Shown one piece after another: positions 8,906 to 17,542 of a stretch of DNA of 29,182 nucleotides; the first letter of the stretch is position 1, and each line of letters opens with the position of its first letter. A model generated the notes under the pieces. The model was not told the origin of the DNA. It saw nothing but the letters and a program-made list of their open reading frames with translations, and did not search any database. The stretch is from the sequence record DRR378314_17; one strand, written 5' to 3'. The position numbers and the translations under genes are program-made.

Positions 8906-9604
8906 TCAGTCACTTTCATTCTTCTCTTCTGCGGCAAGCAGCCGGTCTGCAATAGCAGATGTGTCATCCAAGTGCTCTTCGACAGCGGCGCGTGCTGCGG
9001 CCGGGTTGCCCGAGATGATGGCTTCGCAAATCTGTTGCATATGCGCGATACCGGGGCGGTCACGGTCTGTGGTGGACAGGGTCATCATGCGCAGCCGACT
9101 GATCCGGCCGTTCAGGCGCTGAACGACATCCCATGCGATGTAGTGGCCGGCTCCATCGAAAATCTCTGAATAGAAATCAGCAGTGGTGCGAAAAAGCGCA
9201 CCGGGCGTTTTGTCTGAAAACCCTTGTTTCAGGCGCTTCAGCGCTTCTTTGAGCGAGCGGGCACGCTCGGGTGTGATATCGCGGGCGCATTTTTCGGCAG
9301 CGGCGGTTTCAAGCATACGGCGAATTTCATAGATTTGTCTCGCATCCTCGCGGCTCATTGTAGCCACTATGGGGCCGCGGCCAGGTAAGATTTCAACCAG
9401 TCCTTCGGCTTCAAGATAGCGTATCGTTTCCCGGACTACGGTTCTGCTGACGCCCAACTGGTCGCAAAGCGGGCGTTCGACAAGCCTTTGACCGGGTTCA
9501 AACAAACCTTCGATGATCGCCTCGCGCATACGCTCCTGGACCATATCGCGCAACGTTGCAGGTGGGTGATCAATTTTCGTCAACTTGGCTGTGCTCATAG
9601 CCAA
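8906..9604 (-). CDS. tgnR: GntR-family (FCD domain) transcriptional regulator, TgnR-like
   Basis: HTH FEPGQRLVERPLCDQLGVSRTVVRETIRYLEAEGLV plus an FCD domain. Divergent from the tgn-like operon. Start is TTG 9604 or ATG 9598. Confidence 0.85.
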   Translation of the reverse strand: MAMSTAKLTKIDHPPATLRDMVQERMREAIIEGLFEPGQRLVERPLCDQLGVSRTVVRETIRYLEAEGLVEILPGRGPIVATMSREDARQIYEIRRMLETAAAEKCARDITPERARSLKEALKRLKQGFSDKTPGALFRTTADFYSEIFDGAGHYIAWDVVQRLNGRISRLRMMTLSTTDRDRPGIAHMQQICEAIISGNPAAARAAVEEHLDDTSAIADRLLAAEEKNESD

Positions 9605-9640
9605 TAGGTACTGCCTCAGATTGCTAGGGACAAGGTCTTA

Positions 9641-9670
9641 TTGACATATGATATGATGGTATACCATATT
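9641..9670 (+). promoter_or_regulatory. Sigma70-type promoter for the tgn operon with overlapping GntR/FadR-type operator ATGGTATACCAT
   Basis: TTGACA at 9641-9646 and CATATT at 9665-9670 (18-nt spacer). A perfect 12-bp palindrome lies at 9656-9667. Confidence 0.7.
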
Positions 9671-9700
9671 CTCGAATAATGATTCACAAGAAAGACTGTC

Positions 9701-10303
9701 ATGCCTGCCGAAATCCGTAAAACACTCCTGCATGTTGAAAACACTCTGATCGAAGGGGGGAAGGTCGCTGAACATCCGTTGAAGATGATTGCAGCGATTG
9801 CGGTCATCACAAACCCTTGGGCAGGTCGTGGCTTTGTTGAAGATCTTAAGCCCGAGATCCACGACTGCGCACCGGGTTTGGGCAAGATGTTGACAGATAT
9901 GGTTTTGGACGCAGCCGGAGGCGGTGACAAAGTCGAGGGCTACGGTAAGGCCGCAATCGTCGGTGTGAATGGTGAAGTCGAGCACGGATCGGCGCTGATC
10001 CACACGTTGCGTTTTGGCAATTTCTATCGCGAAGCGGTTGGCGCCAAATCATATCTGGCTTTCACCAACACGCGTGGCCCGGCTAATGCCCCGATGCAAA
10101 TTCCATTGATGGACAAGAATGATGGCGGCCGTCGCAGCCATTACCTGACCATTCAGCTACAGATCGCAGACGCACCTGCACCCGATGAAATCATGATTGC
10201 CCTGGGGGCGTCGATCGGCGGCCGTCCGCATCACCGCATTGGGGATCGCTATCAGGATCTCAAGGAACTTGGCCATGACGTCGAAAACCCTGCAGCTGTC
10301 TGA
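9701..10303 (+). CDS. tgnF: Amino acid synthesis family protein (AA_synth/DUF1185), TgnF-like
   Basis: NPWAGRGFVEDL, EGYGKAAIVGVNGEVEHG, RSHY, DAPAPDEI and GGRPHHRIGDR are typical of this family. Context is a tgn cluster. Confidence 0.85.
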   Translation: MPAEIRKTLLHVENTLIEGGKVAEHPLKMIAAIAVITNPWAGRGFVEDLKPEIHDCAPGLGKMLTDMVLDAAGGGDKVEGYGKAAIVGVNGEVEHGSALIHTLRFGNFYREAVGAKSYLAFTNTRGPANAPMQIPLMDKNDGGRRSHYLTIQLQIADAPAPDEIMIALGASIGGRPHHRIGDRYQDLKELGHDVENPAAV

Positions 10304-11102
10304 TCCATTCGGCAGTGTCGCCTATCAAGAGGCAGGGCTGTCCCATGCGGGGAAGGCCGCACCACTGGTGCTGATCCACGGCGTGGGGATGCAGTCGGCG
10401 GCCTGGAAACCTCAGGTAGAGATGTTTTCACAGACGCATCATGTTGTTGCCCTGGATATGCCGGGCCATGGCGGCAGCGATCAGATCCGACTGGGATCTG
10501 AGTTGCCTGTGTTTCTAAATTGGCTATTGGCTGCTCTGGATGCCATGCGTCTAGATCGGGTCAACCTTGTGGGTCATTCGATGGGCGCGCTGATTGCTGG
10601 CGGTTTCGCCGTTCGCAACCCCGAACGTGTTGCGCGCGTGGCCTTGTTGAACGGAGTATTTTGCCGGGACGGCGCGGCCAGCAAATCCGTGATCGAACGG
10701 GCCGAGCTGATCGGCACCGGAGCCTTCGATCTGGAAACTCCGCTGCAACGTTGGTTTGGCGATACACCGATGGACCAGGCAGCGCGAGACGATGTGGCAT
10801 CGTGGTTATCCGCCGTTGATATCAACGGTTACGCGACAGCCTACGGCGCCTTCGCCCGTGGGGATGCACTGTATTCTGACGAGTTCGGCCAGATCAGCTG
10901 CCCACTGCTTGCCCTGACCGGCGATGGTGACCCCAACTCTACCCCTGCGATGTCGCAAGCCATGGCCAACGCCGCCTCAAGAGGAAAAGCCGTTATAATC
11001 GAAAATCACCGGCATATGGTGAACCTTACAGCTCCGGATGCTGTGAACGCAGCGTTGGAAGCCTGGTTGCAAACCCCATTGGACGAGGGTGACCCCAAAT
11101 GA
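10275..11102 (+). CDS. tgnD: Alpha/beta hydrolase, TgnD-like
   Basis: LVLIHGVG, DMPGHGGS, nucleophile elbow GHSMG, GDGDPNSTP, RHMVN. ATG 10275 follows AAGGA and overlaps tgnF by 29 nt. Confidence 0.85.
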   Translation: MTSKTLQLSDPFGSVAYQEAGLSHAGKAAPLVLIHGVGMQSAAWKPQVEMFSQTHHVVALDMPGHGGSDQIRLGSELPVFLNWLLAALDAMRLDRVNLVGHSMGALIAGGFAVRNPERVARVALLNGVFCRDGAASKSVIERAELIGTGAFDLETPLQRWFGDTPMDQAARDDVASWLSAVDINGYATAYGAFARGDALYSDEFGQISCPLLALTGDGDPNSTPAMSQAMANAASRGKAVIIENHRHMVNLTAPDAVNAALEAWLQTPLDEGDPK

Positions 11103-12034
11103 TTGAATTCGACCCACGCACACTGAACAACCCCCGCGCCCTGCGCAACGCGTTCGGCACATACATGACTGGGGTGACGGTTGTTACAGCCTATGATGAT
11201 GCAGGAACTCCACTGGGCTTTACGGCGAATTCCTTCGCGTCGGTCTCGCTTGAACCTCCTCTGGTTCTGGTCTGCCTTGCCAACACTTCAGGCAACTACG
11301 CGACCTTCGCAAACACGAAGAAATTCGCGGTCAACATTCTGTCTGAGGCGCAGATTGAAGTGTCCAACACCTTTGCCCGCCCGGTCGAGGATCGCTTTGC
11401 CACTGTTGACTGGCAGCAGGGACCAAACGGATCCCCCATTTTGAATGACGTGTCAGCCTGGTTCGACTGCAATATGTTCAACACTGTTGACGCGGGTGAC
11501 CACTTGATCTTGATCGGTGAGGTCAAAGCCTTCGATAATAATATCGCGCCGGGTCTGGGCTATGCCCGCGGTGCTTATGTCACCCCCGCCGCCGAGGCCA
11601 AAGCATTGAGCAAGCGTTCAGGTATGGTCGTGTCCGCCCTGATCGAACGCGATGGGAAAATCCTATTGCAGGATGATGGCGTTGGCGGCTTGACCATCCC
11701 GCTGACCGACGATGTATCGGATGGGGCCAGCGCTGCCCTGACCAGGCTTATCAGCAATAGCGGCATCACGGCCGAGCCGGGATTTATCTATTCTGTTTAC
11801 CAAGACGGAGCGCGCAAACACCAACACATCTCGTTCTTGTGCCAGGCCGCTGATGGTGAACCAGCAAACGGTGTATTCACCGAACTTAGCGAAACCACTC
11901 TGATGGATATCGCAGATCCGGCCATCTGTACGATGCTGGAACGGTTCGCTGCCGAAAGCCACATGGGGAATTTTGGGGTGTATTACGGCAACGAGGTGAG
12001 TGGCGAGGTCAAACCACTCACCACTGGGAGTTAA
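11099..12034 (+). CDS. tgnA: Flavin reductase with C-terminal extension (NUDIX-like), TgnA-like reductase component
   Basis: LRNAFGTYMTGVTVVT, GFTANSFASVSLEPPLVL, AGDHLILIGEV, plus ~150 extra C-terminal residues. ATGA overlap with the upstream gene. Confidence 0.87.
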   Translation: MIEFDPRTLNNPRALRNAFGTYMTGVTVVTAYDDAGTPLGFTANSFASVSLEPPLVLVCLANTSGNYATFANTKKFAVNILSEAQIEVSNTFARPVEDRFATVDWQQGPNGSPILNDVSAWFDCNMFNTVDAGDHLILIGEVKAFDNNIAPGLGYARGAYVTPAAEAKALSKRSGMVVSALIERDGKILLQDDGVGGLTIPLTDDVSDGASAALTRLISNSGITAEPGFIYSVYQDGARKHQHISFLCQAADGEPANGVFTELSETTLMDIADPAICTMLERFAAESHMGNFGVYYGNEVSGEVKPLTTGS

Positions 12035-12040
12035 ACTGGC

Positions 12041-13078
12041 ATGAAATTCTCACTCTTTGCGCATATGGAACGGATCTCACCGGATCAGGACCAGAAGCAG
12101 TTGTACGACGAGTTCATCCAGCTGTGCAAAATCGCCGATGATGGCGGTATGCACGCGGTCTGGACCGGTGAACATCACGGGATGAACTTTACCATCGCGC
12201 CCAACCCGTTTCTCAGCTTGGTCGATGTGGCGCGTCATACAAAGAACGTACGTCTGGGCACAGGAACTGTAATCGCTCCGTTCTGGCATCCTATCCGTCT
12301 GGCGGGCGAGGCGGCGATGGCTGACATCATCACTGAAGGGCGTTTAGATCTGGGCATCGCCCGGGGTGCCTACAGTTATGAATACGAGCGCCTCATGCCT
12401 GGTATGGATGCGTGGGAGGCTGGTCAACGCATGCGCGAGCTGGTGCCAGCGGTGCAAAAGCTTTGGCAGGGCGACTATGCCCATGATGGCGAATTCCACC
12501 AGTTCGCCAAAACAACCGCGTCGCCGCTGCCGATCCAGCCGGGCGGGCCACCGATCTGGGTGGCGGCACGTGATCCCAACAGTCACGAATTTGCCATCCA
12601 GAATGGCTGCAATGTGCAGGTGACGCCACTGTGGAACGGCGACGGTGAGGTCGAGGACCTCATGTCCAAATTCAATGCCGCCTGCCAGAAATTTCCCGAA
12701 ATCCCACGCCCCAAGATCATGCTTCTACGCCATACCTACGTCGCCGAGGATGAGGCGGATGTGAAACAAGCGGCAATCGAGTTGAATCGGTTCTACTGCT
12801 ACTTTGGCGCATGGTTCATGAACAAACGCGATGTCACTCAAGGCCTGATCGATCCGCTGAGCGACGAGGATATCGCCGCGCATCCTTTTTATACGCCCGA
12901 AAACATGGAACGTGACCTGATCATTGGCACCGCCGATACAGTAATCGACCGCCTGCGAAAATGCGAAGCGCTTGGATACGATGAATACTCATTCTGGATC
13001 GATTCAAGCATGACGTTCGAGCGTAAGAAAGCCTCGCTGGAGCGGTTCATCAAAGACGTCATGCCGGCGTTGCAATAA
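12041..13078 (+). CDS. tgnB: Luciferase-like (LLM) flavin-dependent monooxygenase, TgnB-like trigonelline oxygenase component
   Basis: MKFSLFAHMER, WTGEHHGMNFTIAPNPF, GIARGAYSYEYER, WVAARDPNSH and EYSFWID closely resemble Acinetobacter baylyi TgnB as recalled (not aligned computationally). Confidence 0.88.
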   Translation: MKFSLFAHMERISPDQDQKQLYDEFIQLCKIADDGGMHAVWTGEHHGMNFTIAPNPFLSLVDVARHTKNVRLGTGTVIAPFWHPIRLAGEAAMADIITEGRLDLGIARGAYSYEYERLMPGMDAWEAGQRMRELVPAVQKLWQGDYAHDGEFHQFAKTTASPLPIQPGGPPIWVAARDPNSHEFAIQNGCNVQVTPLWNGDGEVEDLMSKFNAACQKFPEIPRPKIMLLRHTYVAEDEADVKQAAIELNRFYCYFGAWFMNKRDVTQGLIDPLSDEDIAAHPFYTPENMERDLIIGTADTVIDRLRKCEALGYDEYSFWIDSSMTFERKKASLERFIKDVMPALQ

Positions 13079-13092
13079 CAAAGGGTCGTAAA

Positions 13093-14556
13093 ATGCAGCA
13101 GTTTCAACAGTATATTGATGGTGCATTCTCGGACGGAGCGACACAGTTCGACAGTCTAGACCCAGCTACCGGAATGGTTTGGGCACAGATGCCCGAAGCC
13201 AGCGCAGAGGACGTCAATCAAGCCGTTGAAGCCGCCGAGCGCGCATTTTTCTCTTCCGACTGGGCAGGGATGACAGCAACGGCGCGCGGCAAGCTGTTGT
13301 ATCGGCTGGCTGACCTGATTGCGGAAAATGCCCCGCGTCTGGCTGATTTGGAAACTCGAGATACCGGAAAGATCATCCGCGAAACCTCGGCTCAGATTGC
13401 TTACGTTGCTGAATATTACCGCTACTACGCAGGACTGGCTGACAAGATCGAAGGCGCACATCTGCCGATCGATAAACCCGATATGGATGTCTGGCTTCGC
13501 CGCGAGCCGATCGGGGTCGTGGCAGCCGTTGTTCCTTGGAATTCGCAATTGTTTTTGTCGGCGGTGAAAATCGGCCCAGCGTTGGCGGCGGGATGTACGG
13601 TTGTGCTAAAAGCCTCTGAAGAGGCGCCTGCGCCGATGCTTGAATTTGCACGCATCTTCGATCAGGCGGGATTTCCAAAAGGTGTGCTGAACTTCATAAC
13701 AGGCGGACCAGTCGTTGGGGCCACGCTGACCAGCCATCCCAAAGTGGCCCATGTCGCCTTTACCGGAGGGCCGGAAACGGCGCGCCATATCGTGCGGAAT
13801 TCGGCCGAGAATCTGGCCTCGACCTCGCTGGAACTCGGTGGCAAATCGCCGTTCATCGTTTTTGATGATGCCGATATCGAAAGCGCTGTGAACGCTCAAG
13901 TTTCTGGTATTTTCGCCGCGACGGGACAAAGCTGTGTTGCGGGTTCGCGCCTTGTGGTGCAGGCATCGATCAAGGATGCCTTTCTGACGCGCCTCAAGGA
14001 AAAGGCCGAAGCGGTCGTGATCGGTGCGCCTGGTGACATGGCGACAGAGGTTGGCCCGCTCTGCACCAAGCGCCAGCGCGACATTGCAGTTGACCTGATT
14101 GAGCGGTCAGTGGCGCAAGGCGCAAGGGTGGTGACAGGCGGCAAGCCTTTAGCGCGCGAAGGCTATTTCTTTCCGCCCACTATTCTGGATTGCTCTGATG
14201 CGACCGAGGCGGACAGTCTGACCAACGAGTTTTTTGGTCCGGTCTTGTCGGTCGTATCATTCGAAACTGAAGCAGAAGCCATCGCCATAGCCAACAGCAC
14301 AAAGTTCGGATTGGCCTCGGGTCTTTTCACGCAGAACCTGACCCGCGCCCATCGCATGATCCGCGCCATTCGGGCCGGGATCGTCTGGGTCAACACCTAC
14401 CGCGCTGTTAGTCCCATCGCGCCTTTTGGTGGGCATGGTCTGTCCGGCCACGGACGAGAGGGCGGGCTTCAGGCGGCTCTGGATTACACCAAGATCAAGT
14501 CGGTCTGGTTGCGCACCAGCGACGATCCGATCCCGGATCCGTTTGTCATGCGCTGA
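13093..14556 (+). CDS. tgnC: Aldehyde dehydrogenase, TgnC-like
   Basis: VPWNSQL, FTGGPETA, LELGGKSP, GQSCVAGSR, EFFGPV, C-terminal DPFVMR. Last gene of the tgn-like operon. Confidence 0.87.
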   Translation: MQQFQQYIDGAFSDGATQFDSLDPATGMVWAQMPEASAEDVNQAVEAAERAFFSSDWAGMTATARGKLLYRLADLIAENAPRLADLETRDTGKIIRETSAQIAYVAEYYRYYAGLADKIEGAHLPIDKPDMDVWLRREPIGVVAAVVPWNSQLFLSAVKIGPALAAGCTVVLKASEEAPAPMLEFARIFDQAGFPKGVLNFITGGPVVGATLTSHPKVAHVAFTGGPETARHIVRNSAENLASTSLELGGKSPFIVFDDADIESAVNAQVSGIFAATGQSCVAGSRLVVQASIKDAFLTRLKEKAEAVVIGAPGDMATEVGPLCTKRQRDIAVDLIERSVAQGARVVTGGKPLAREGYFFPPTILDCSDATEADSLTNEFFGPVLSVVSFETEAEAIAIANSTKFGLASGLFTQNLTRAHRMIRAIRAGIVWVNTYRAVSPIAPFGGHGLSGHGREGGLQAALDYTKIKSVWLRTSDDPIPDPFVMR

Positions 14557-14755
14557 TCTCTACATTTTGCCGCGAACAAGGGTAAGCGTACGTTCGTCTA
14601 TCAACCGGGTGGACTGCGAACAGGTTCTGATGTGTAGATCCTCCCGCAGGCCTTAGTGTACCGTAGTGGGTTTGCAGCAGCCTGAATGGAGGCGTCTATG
14701 GAAGAGATCAGGGGATATCCACTCCATCAAAACCAGTCAGAAGTTCCTAATGATA

Positions 14756-16024
14756 TTACTTCGCCGACCCCACAAAAGCCGTCGTGGAGCCGCTGCGCAC
14801 CACAATCCCTTCGTCAACCCATGCATCGAACTGCTTGAGGACTGCTTCCACAAAGGCTGCGTCATTGATGTGGGCATCGACCACCGTGGTCGGTGCGACC
14901 GCTGGCCAAAGTTCGCGTGCTGCTTCAACGGTAGCGGTCAACGCTCCGGGATCATGCGCTTCCAGCCCTTCGCGGTCCCATTCCTCAATGCCCCCGGTGG
15001 GCAGGAAAAAATGGACCGGACCTTTGGCTTCTTTCAGTCGGGTCGCCATCTCGGCAATGGCTGCTCTGCGTTCTTCCGCGTTGAAGACAGCGCTTTTGAT
15101 CAACCGGTTGTGTTCATGAAAGGGACGATCTTTGAACCGCTCGGGTATCTCCTGCCAACCGGCAAAGTCCAGCAGGTCCAATGCGCCTGGTGCCACCATC
15201 TGCGGTATTCCGGAGAGGCCGGCGTTGGTCAGACGGTCCTCGCCTGAAGAAACCAGAGATCCTGCCAGCATATTGGCGAATTCCTGCATGCAAAAATCCA
15301 TCACGCAGCAAAACGCACCTTCCCCTGCGAGTTTCTCAAATGCCATGCCGCCCATGCCGGTGGAGTGAAACACCGCCACTTCAAACCCGCGCTTTTCCAG
15401 CGCGGGTTTCAGAGTTTTCATATAGCGCAGACAGGACGACCCCAGGGAAGTCATCCCGATCATCGGACGGTCACGGCCCGGAGCTTCGACGGCGCGCGCT
15501 GCACCCAAAACGGCACCTGCTGCCTGGCTGAGTGAGGAACAGCAAACTGAGTTCATACCATAAAGCCCACCGGCCCAGAGAATCATCTGAACGTCAGGGG
15601 CCAGACGATGAGGGGGGATCAAAGGTGAAAAGCTGACGGTTGAAACAATGTATTTTGGCACGCCCATCGGAAGCGTTTGTGCGCAATCCAGCGCAAGGTC
15701 GGTTCCCATCGTGCCGCCCGTGGCCAGCATGGCGTCAAACCGGCCCTCCGCGTAAGCCTTTGTTACGACCGCCGCCGCGCCATTCGACATCACGCGAAAT
15801 GCCTTGTTTTCATCGCCCTGGGCAATCACTTCTTCGATTGTCATGCCACTGGCTGCGGCGACGTCGTGCTTCGAAATATCCGTGGGTGTGGTCGGGTCGC
15901 CCAGAACCGAGACATCCATTGTGAGCACCTTACCGCCCTGAGCTGTGATGCACTTTTCGATGTAGCGCATCTCTGGGTCTTTGGTGTCGTAGGTTCCTAT
16001 CAGCAGTATTCTCTTATCGCCCAC
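14756..16024 (-). CDS. Tm-1-like ATP-binding domain protein (UPF0261)
   Basis: IGTYDTK, GGTMGT, LPMGVPKYIVST, VFHSTGMGG, PQMVAPGALD, HINDAAF. GTG start after GGGAGAG. Confidence 0.87.
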   Translation of the reverse strand: MGDKRILLIGTYDTKDPEMRYIEKCITAQGGKVLTMDVSVLGDPTTPTDISKHDVAAASGMTIEEVIAQGDENKAFRVMSNGAAAVVTKAYAEGRFDAMLATGGTMGTDLALDCAQTLPMGVPKYIVSTVSFSPLIPPHRLAPDVQMILWAGGLYGMNSVCCSSLSQAAGAVLGAARAVEAPGRDRPMIGMTSLGSSCLRYMKTLKPALEKRGFEVAVFHSTGMGGMAFEKLAGEGAFCCVMDFCMQEFANMLAGSLVSSGEDRLTNAGLSGIPQMVAPGALDLLDFAGWQEIPERFKDRPFHEHNRLIKSAVFNAEERRAAIAEMATRLKEAKGPVHFFLPTGGIEEWDREGLEAHDPGALTATVEAARELWPAVAPTTVVDAHINDAAFVEAVLKQFDAWVDEGIVVRSGSTTAFVGSAK

Positions 16025-16050
16025 GGTGTTTCTCTCCCATTTTGACCCAC

Positions 16051-17535
16051 TTACAGCTGTATCCAGGCTGTTTTCAGATCGAAATATTTCTCCATCGCAT
16101 GTAGCGATTTGTCATGTCCGTTGCCTGACTGTTTGACGCCACCCAAGGGCAACGTGCCATCTGCACCGCCATAGGTGTTGACGTGAACCACACCAGCCCG
16201 GATGCCTGCCACCATACGATGCGCGCGGCTAAGATTTGACGTCCAAACACCTGCAGCCAGACCGTAGACACTATCATTGGCCAAGCGCAGGGCGTCCTTT
16301 TCGTCTTTGAACGAGGTGACGGCCAGAACCGGGCCAAAAACTTCGTTACGGAAGAGGTTGTCGCTTGGCTTAACGCCTGTCATCACGGTTGGGGCCATGT
16401 AATATCCGCCGGTTTCGGTCAGAATTCGGTTGCCGCCAGTCCGACGCTCGGCTCCTTCGCTTTCGGCCTGGGCGACGAAATCCAGATTGCTTTCTAATTC
16501 GGGTAGCGAGTGCACCGCACCGATCTGGCTCTCTAGGTCCAGTGGGTTGCCCACCCGGAAATCTTCGGCATGTTTGACGATCTCTGCGACGAAATCATCG
16601 TGGATGTCCTCTTGCACCAACATACGCGAGCCAGCGACGCAAATCTGGCCAGAATTACGGAAGATCCCGGCCGCCGACACTTTGGCCGCCTGGGCAAGAT
16701 CGGGTGCATCATTGAACACGATATTGGGAGATTTGCCACCCAATTCCAGATAGCAGCGCTTTAGGTTGGAACGTGCGGAATATTCCAGCAGCCGCCGCCC
16801 GGTCACACCTGAGCCGGTGAAGACCATGATGTCCACATCCATAGACAGCGCCAGTGTTTCACCGACCACACTGCCTTTGCCAGTGACGACGTTTAGCACG
16901 CCGACGGGTAGGCCCGCTTCCAGTGCCAGCTCTGCAAGACGCAGCAAGGTCAAAGATGCCGATTCCGCTGGTTTCAGCACTACCGAATTACCTGCCGCCA
17001 GCGCAGGGGCTATTTTCCATGCACCAATCATCATGGGCATGTTCCAGGGCACGATCGCTCCAACAACGCCAACTGGGGTGTGGTGTACAAGGCCCAGAAC
17101 ATCTTTCGCTGTTGGCGCAACCTGACCATAGACCTTGTCGATCGCTTCGCCATAGTAACGGAACGTGCCCGCCGCCGACATCGGCTCGGCTTTCATGGCC
17201 ATGTTGATCTCGGTACCATTGTCGCGCACGCCCAGAACCGCCAGTTCAATTGCGTGCTTTTCGATCAGTTCGGCCAACTTGATCAGCACTTTTTTACGCG
17301 CAGCCGGGGCCTGGCGCGACCAACGCCCATCTTCGAAAGCTGCACGGGCTGCTGAGATGGCGCGCTCCATGTCTTCCGGGGTGCCGTCGGCGATCTGGGT
17401 CAACACGCCTCCCTCTATTGGCGAGATCACATCCAGTTGCCCACCCCCTTGGGATGCCTGCCAGCTTCCGTTGATCAGATGGGTCCGCGGTGAGACGGAT
17501 TTGCTGCGCAGGGCGTTGATAGCGGATTGATCCAT
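16051..17535 (-). CDS. Aldehyde dehydrogenase, PuuC/aminoaldehyde-dehydrogenase-like
   Basis: YYGEAIDKVYGQVAPT, IVPWNMP, LELGGKSP, GQICVAGSR, EVFGPV, GHDKSLHAMEKY. ATG 17535 follows AAGGA; the longer ORF start lies inside tctA. Confidence 0.9.
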   Translation of the reverse strand: MDQSAINALRSKSVSPRTHLINGSWQASQGGGQLDVISPIEGGVLTQIADGTPEDMERAISAARAAFEDGRWSRQAPAARKKVLIKLAELIEKHAIELAVLGVRDNGTEINMAMKAEPMSAAGTFRYYGEAIDKVYGQVAPTAKDVLGLVHHTPVGVVGAIVPWNMPMMIGAWKIAPALAAGNSVVLKPAESASLTLLRLAELALEAGLPVGVLNVVTGKGSVVGETLALSMDVDIMVFTGSGVTGRRLLEYSARSNLKRCYLELGGKSPNIVFNDAPDLAQAAKVSAAGIFRNSGQICVAGSRMLVQEDIHDDFVAEIVKHAEDFRVGNPLDLESQIGAVHSLPELESNLDFVAQAESEGAERRTGGNRILTETGGYYMAPTVMTGVKPSDNLFRNEVFGPVLAVTSFKDEKDALRLANDSVYGLAAGVWTSNLSRAHRMVAGIRAGVVHVNTYGGADGTLPLGGVKQSGNGHDKSLHAMEKYFDLKTAWIQL

Positions 17536-17542
17536 GGATCGA

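Noticed and set aside
9701-14556. Interpretation as the pyrimidine-utilisation rut operon (LLM, flavin reductase, hydrolase)
   Set aside because: No RutB isochorismatase or RutC/RidA. The AA_synth protein, ALDH and GntR regulator, plus the LLM sequence, fit tgn instead.
14666-15247. 193-aa + strand ORF and many similar nested ORFs across the window
   Set aside because: They lie antisense or out of frame to well-supported genes and lack motifs, as expected in GC-rich DNA.
16051-17535. Calling this ALDH tgnE or puuC
   Set aside because: It resembles PuuC-type rather than succinic-semialdehyde dehydrogenases, sits in a separately regulated operon, and has no puuA/B/D context, so no symbol was assigned.
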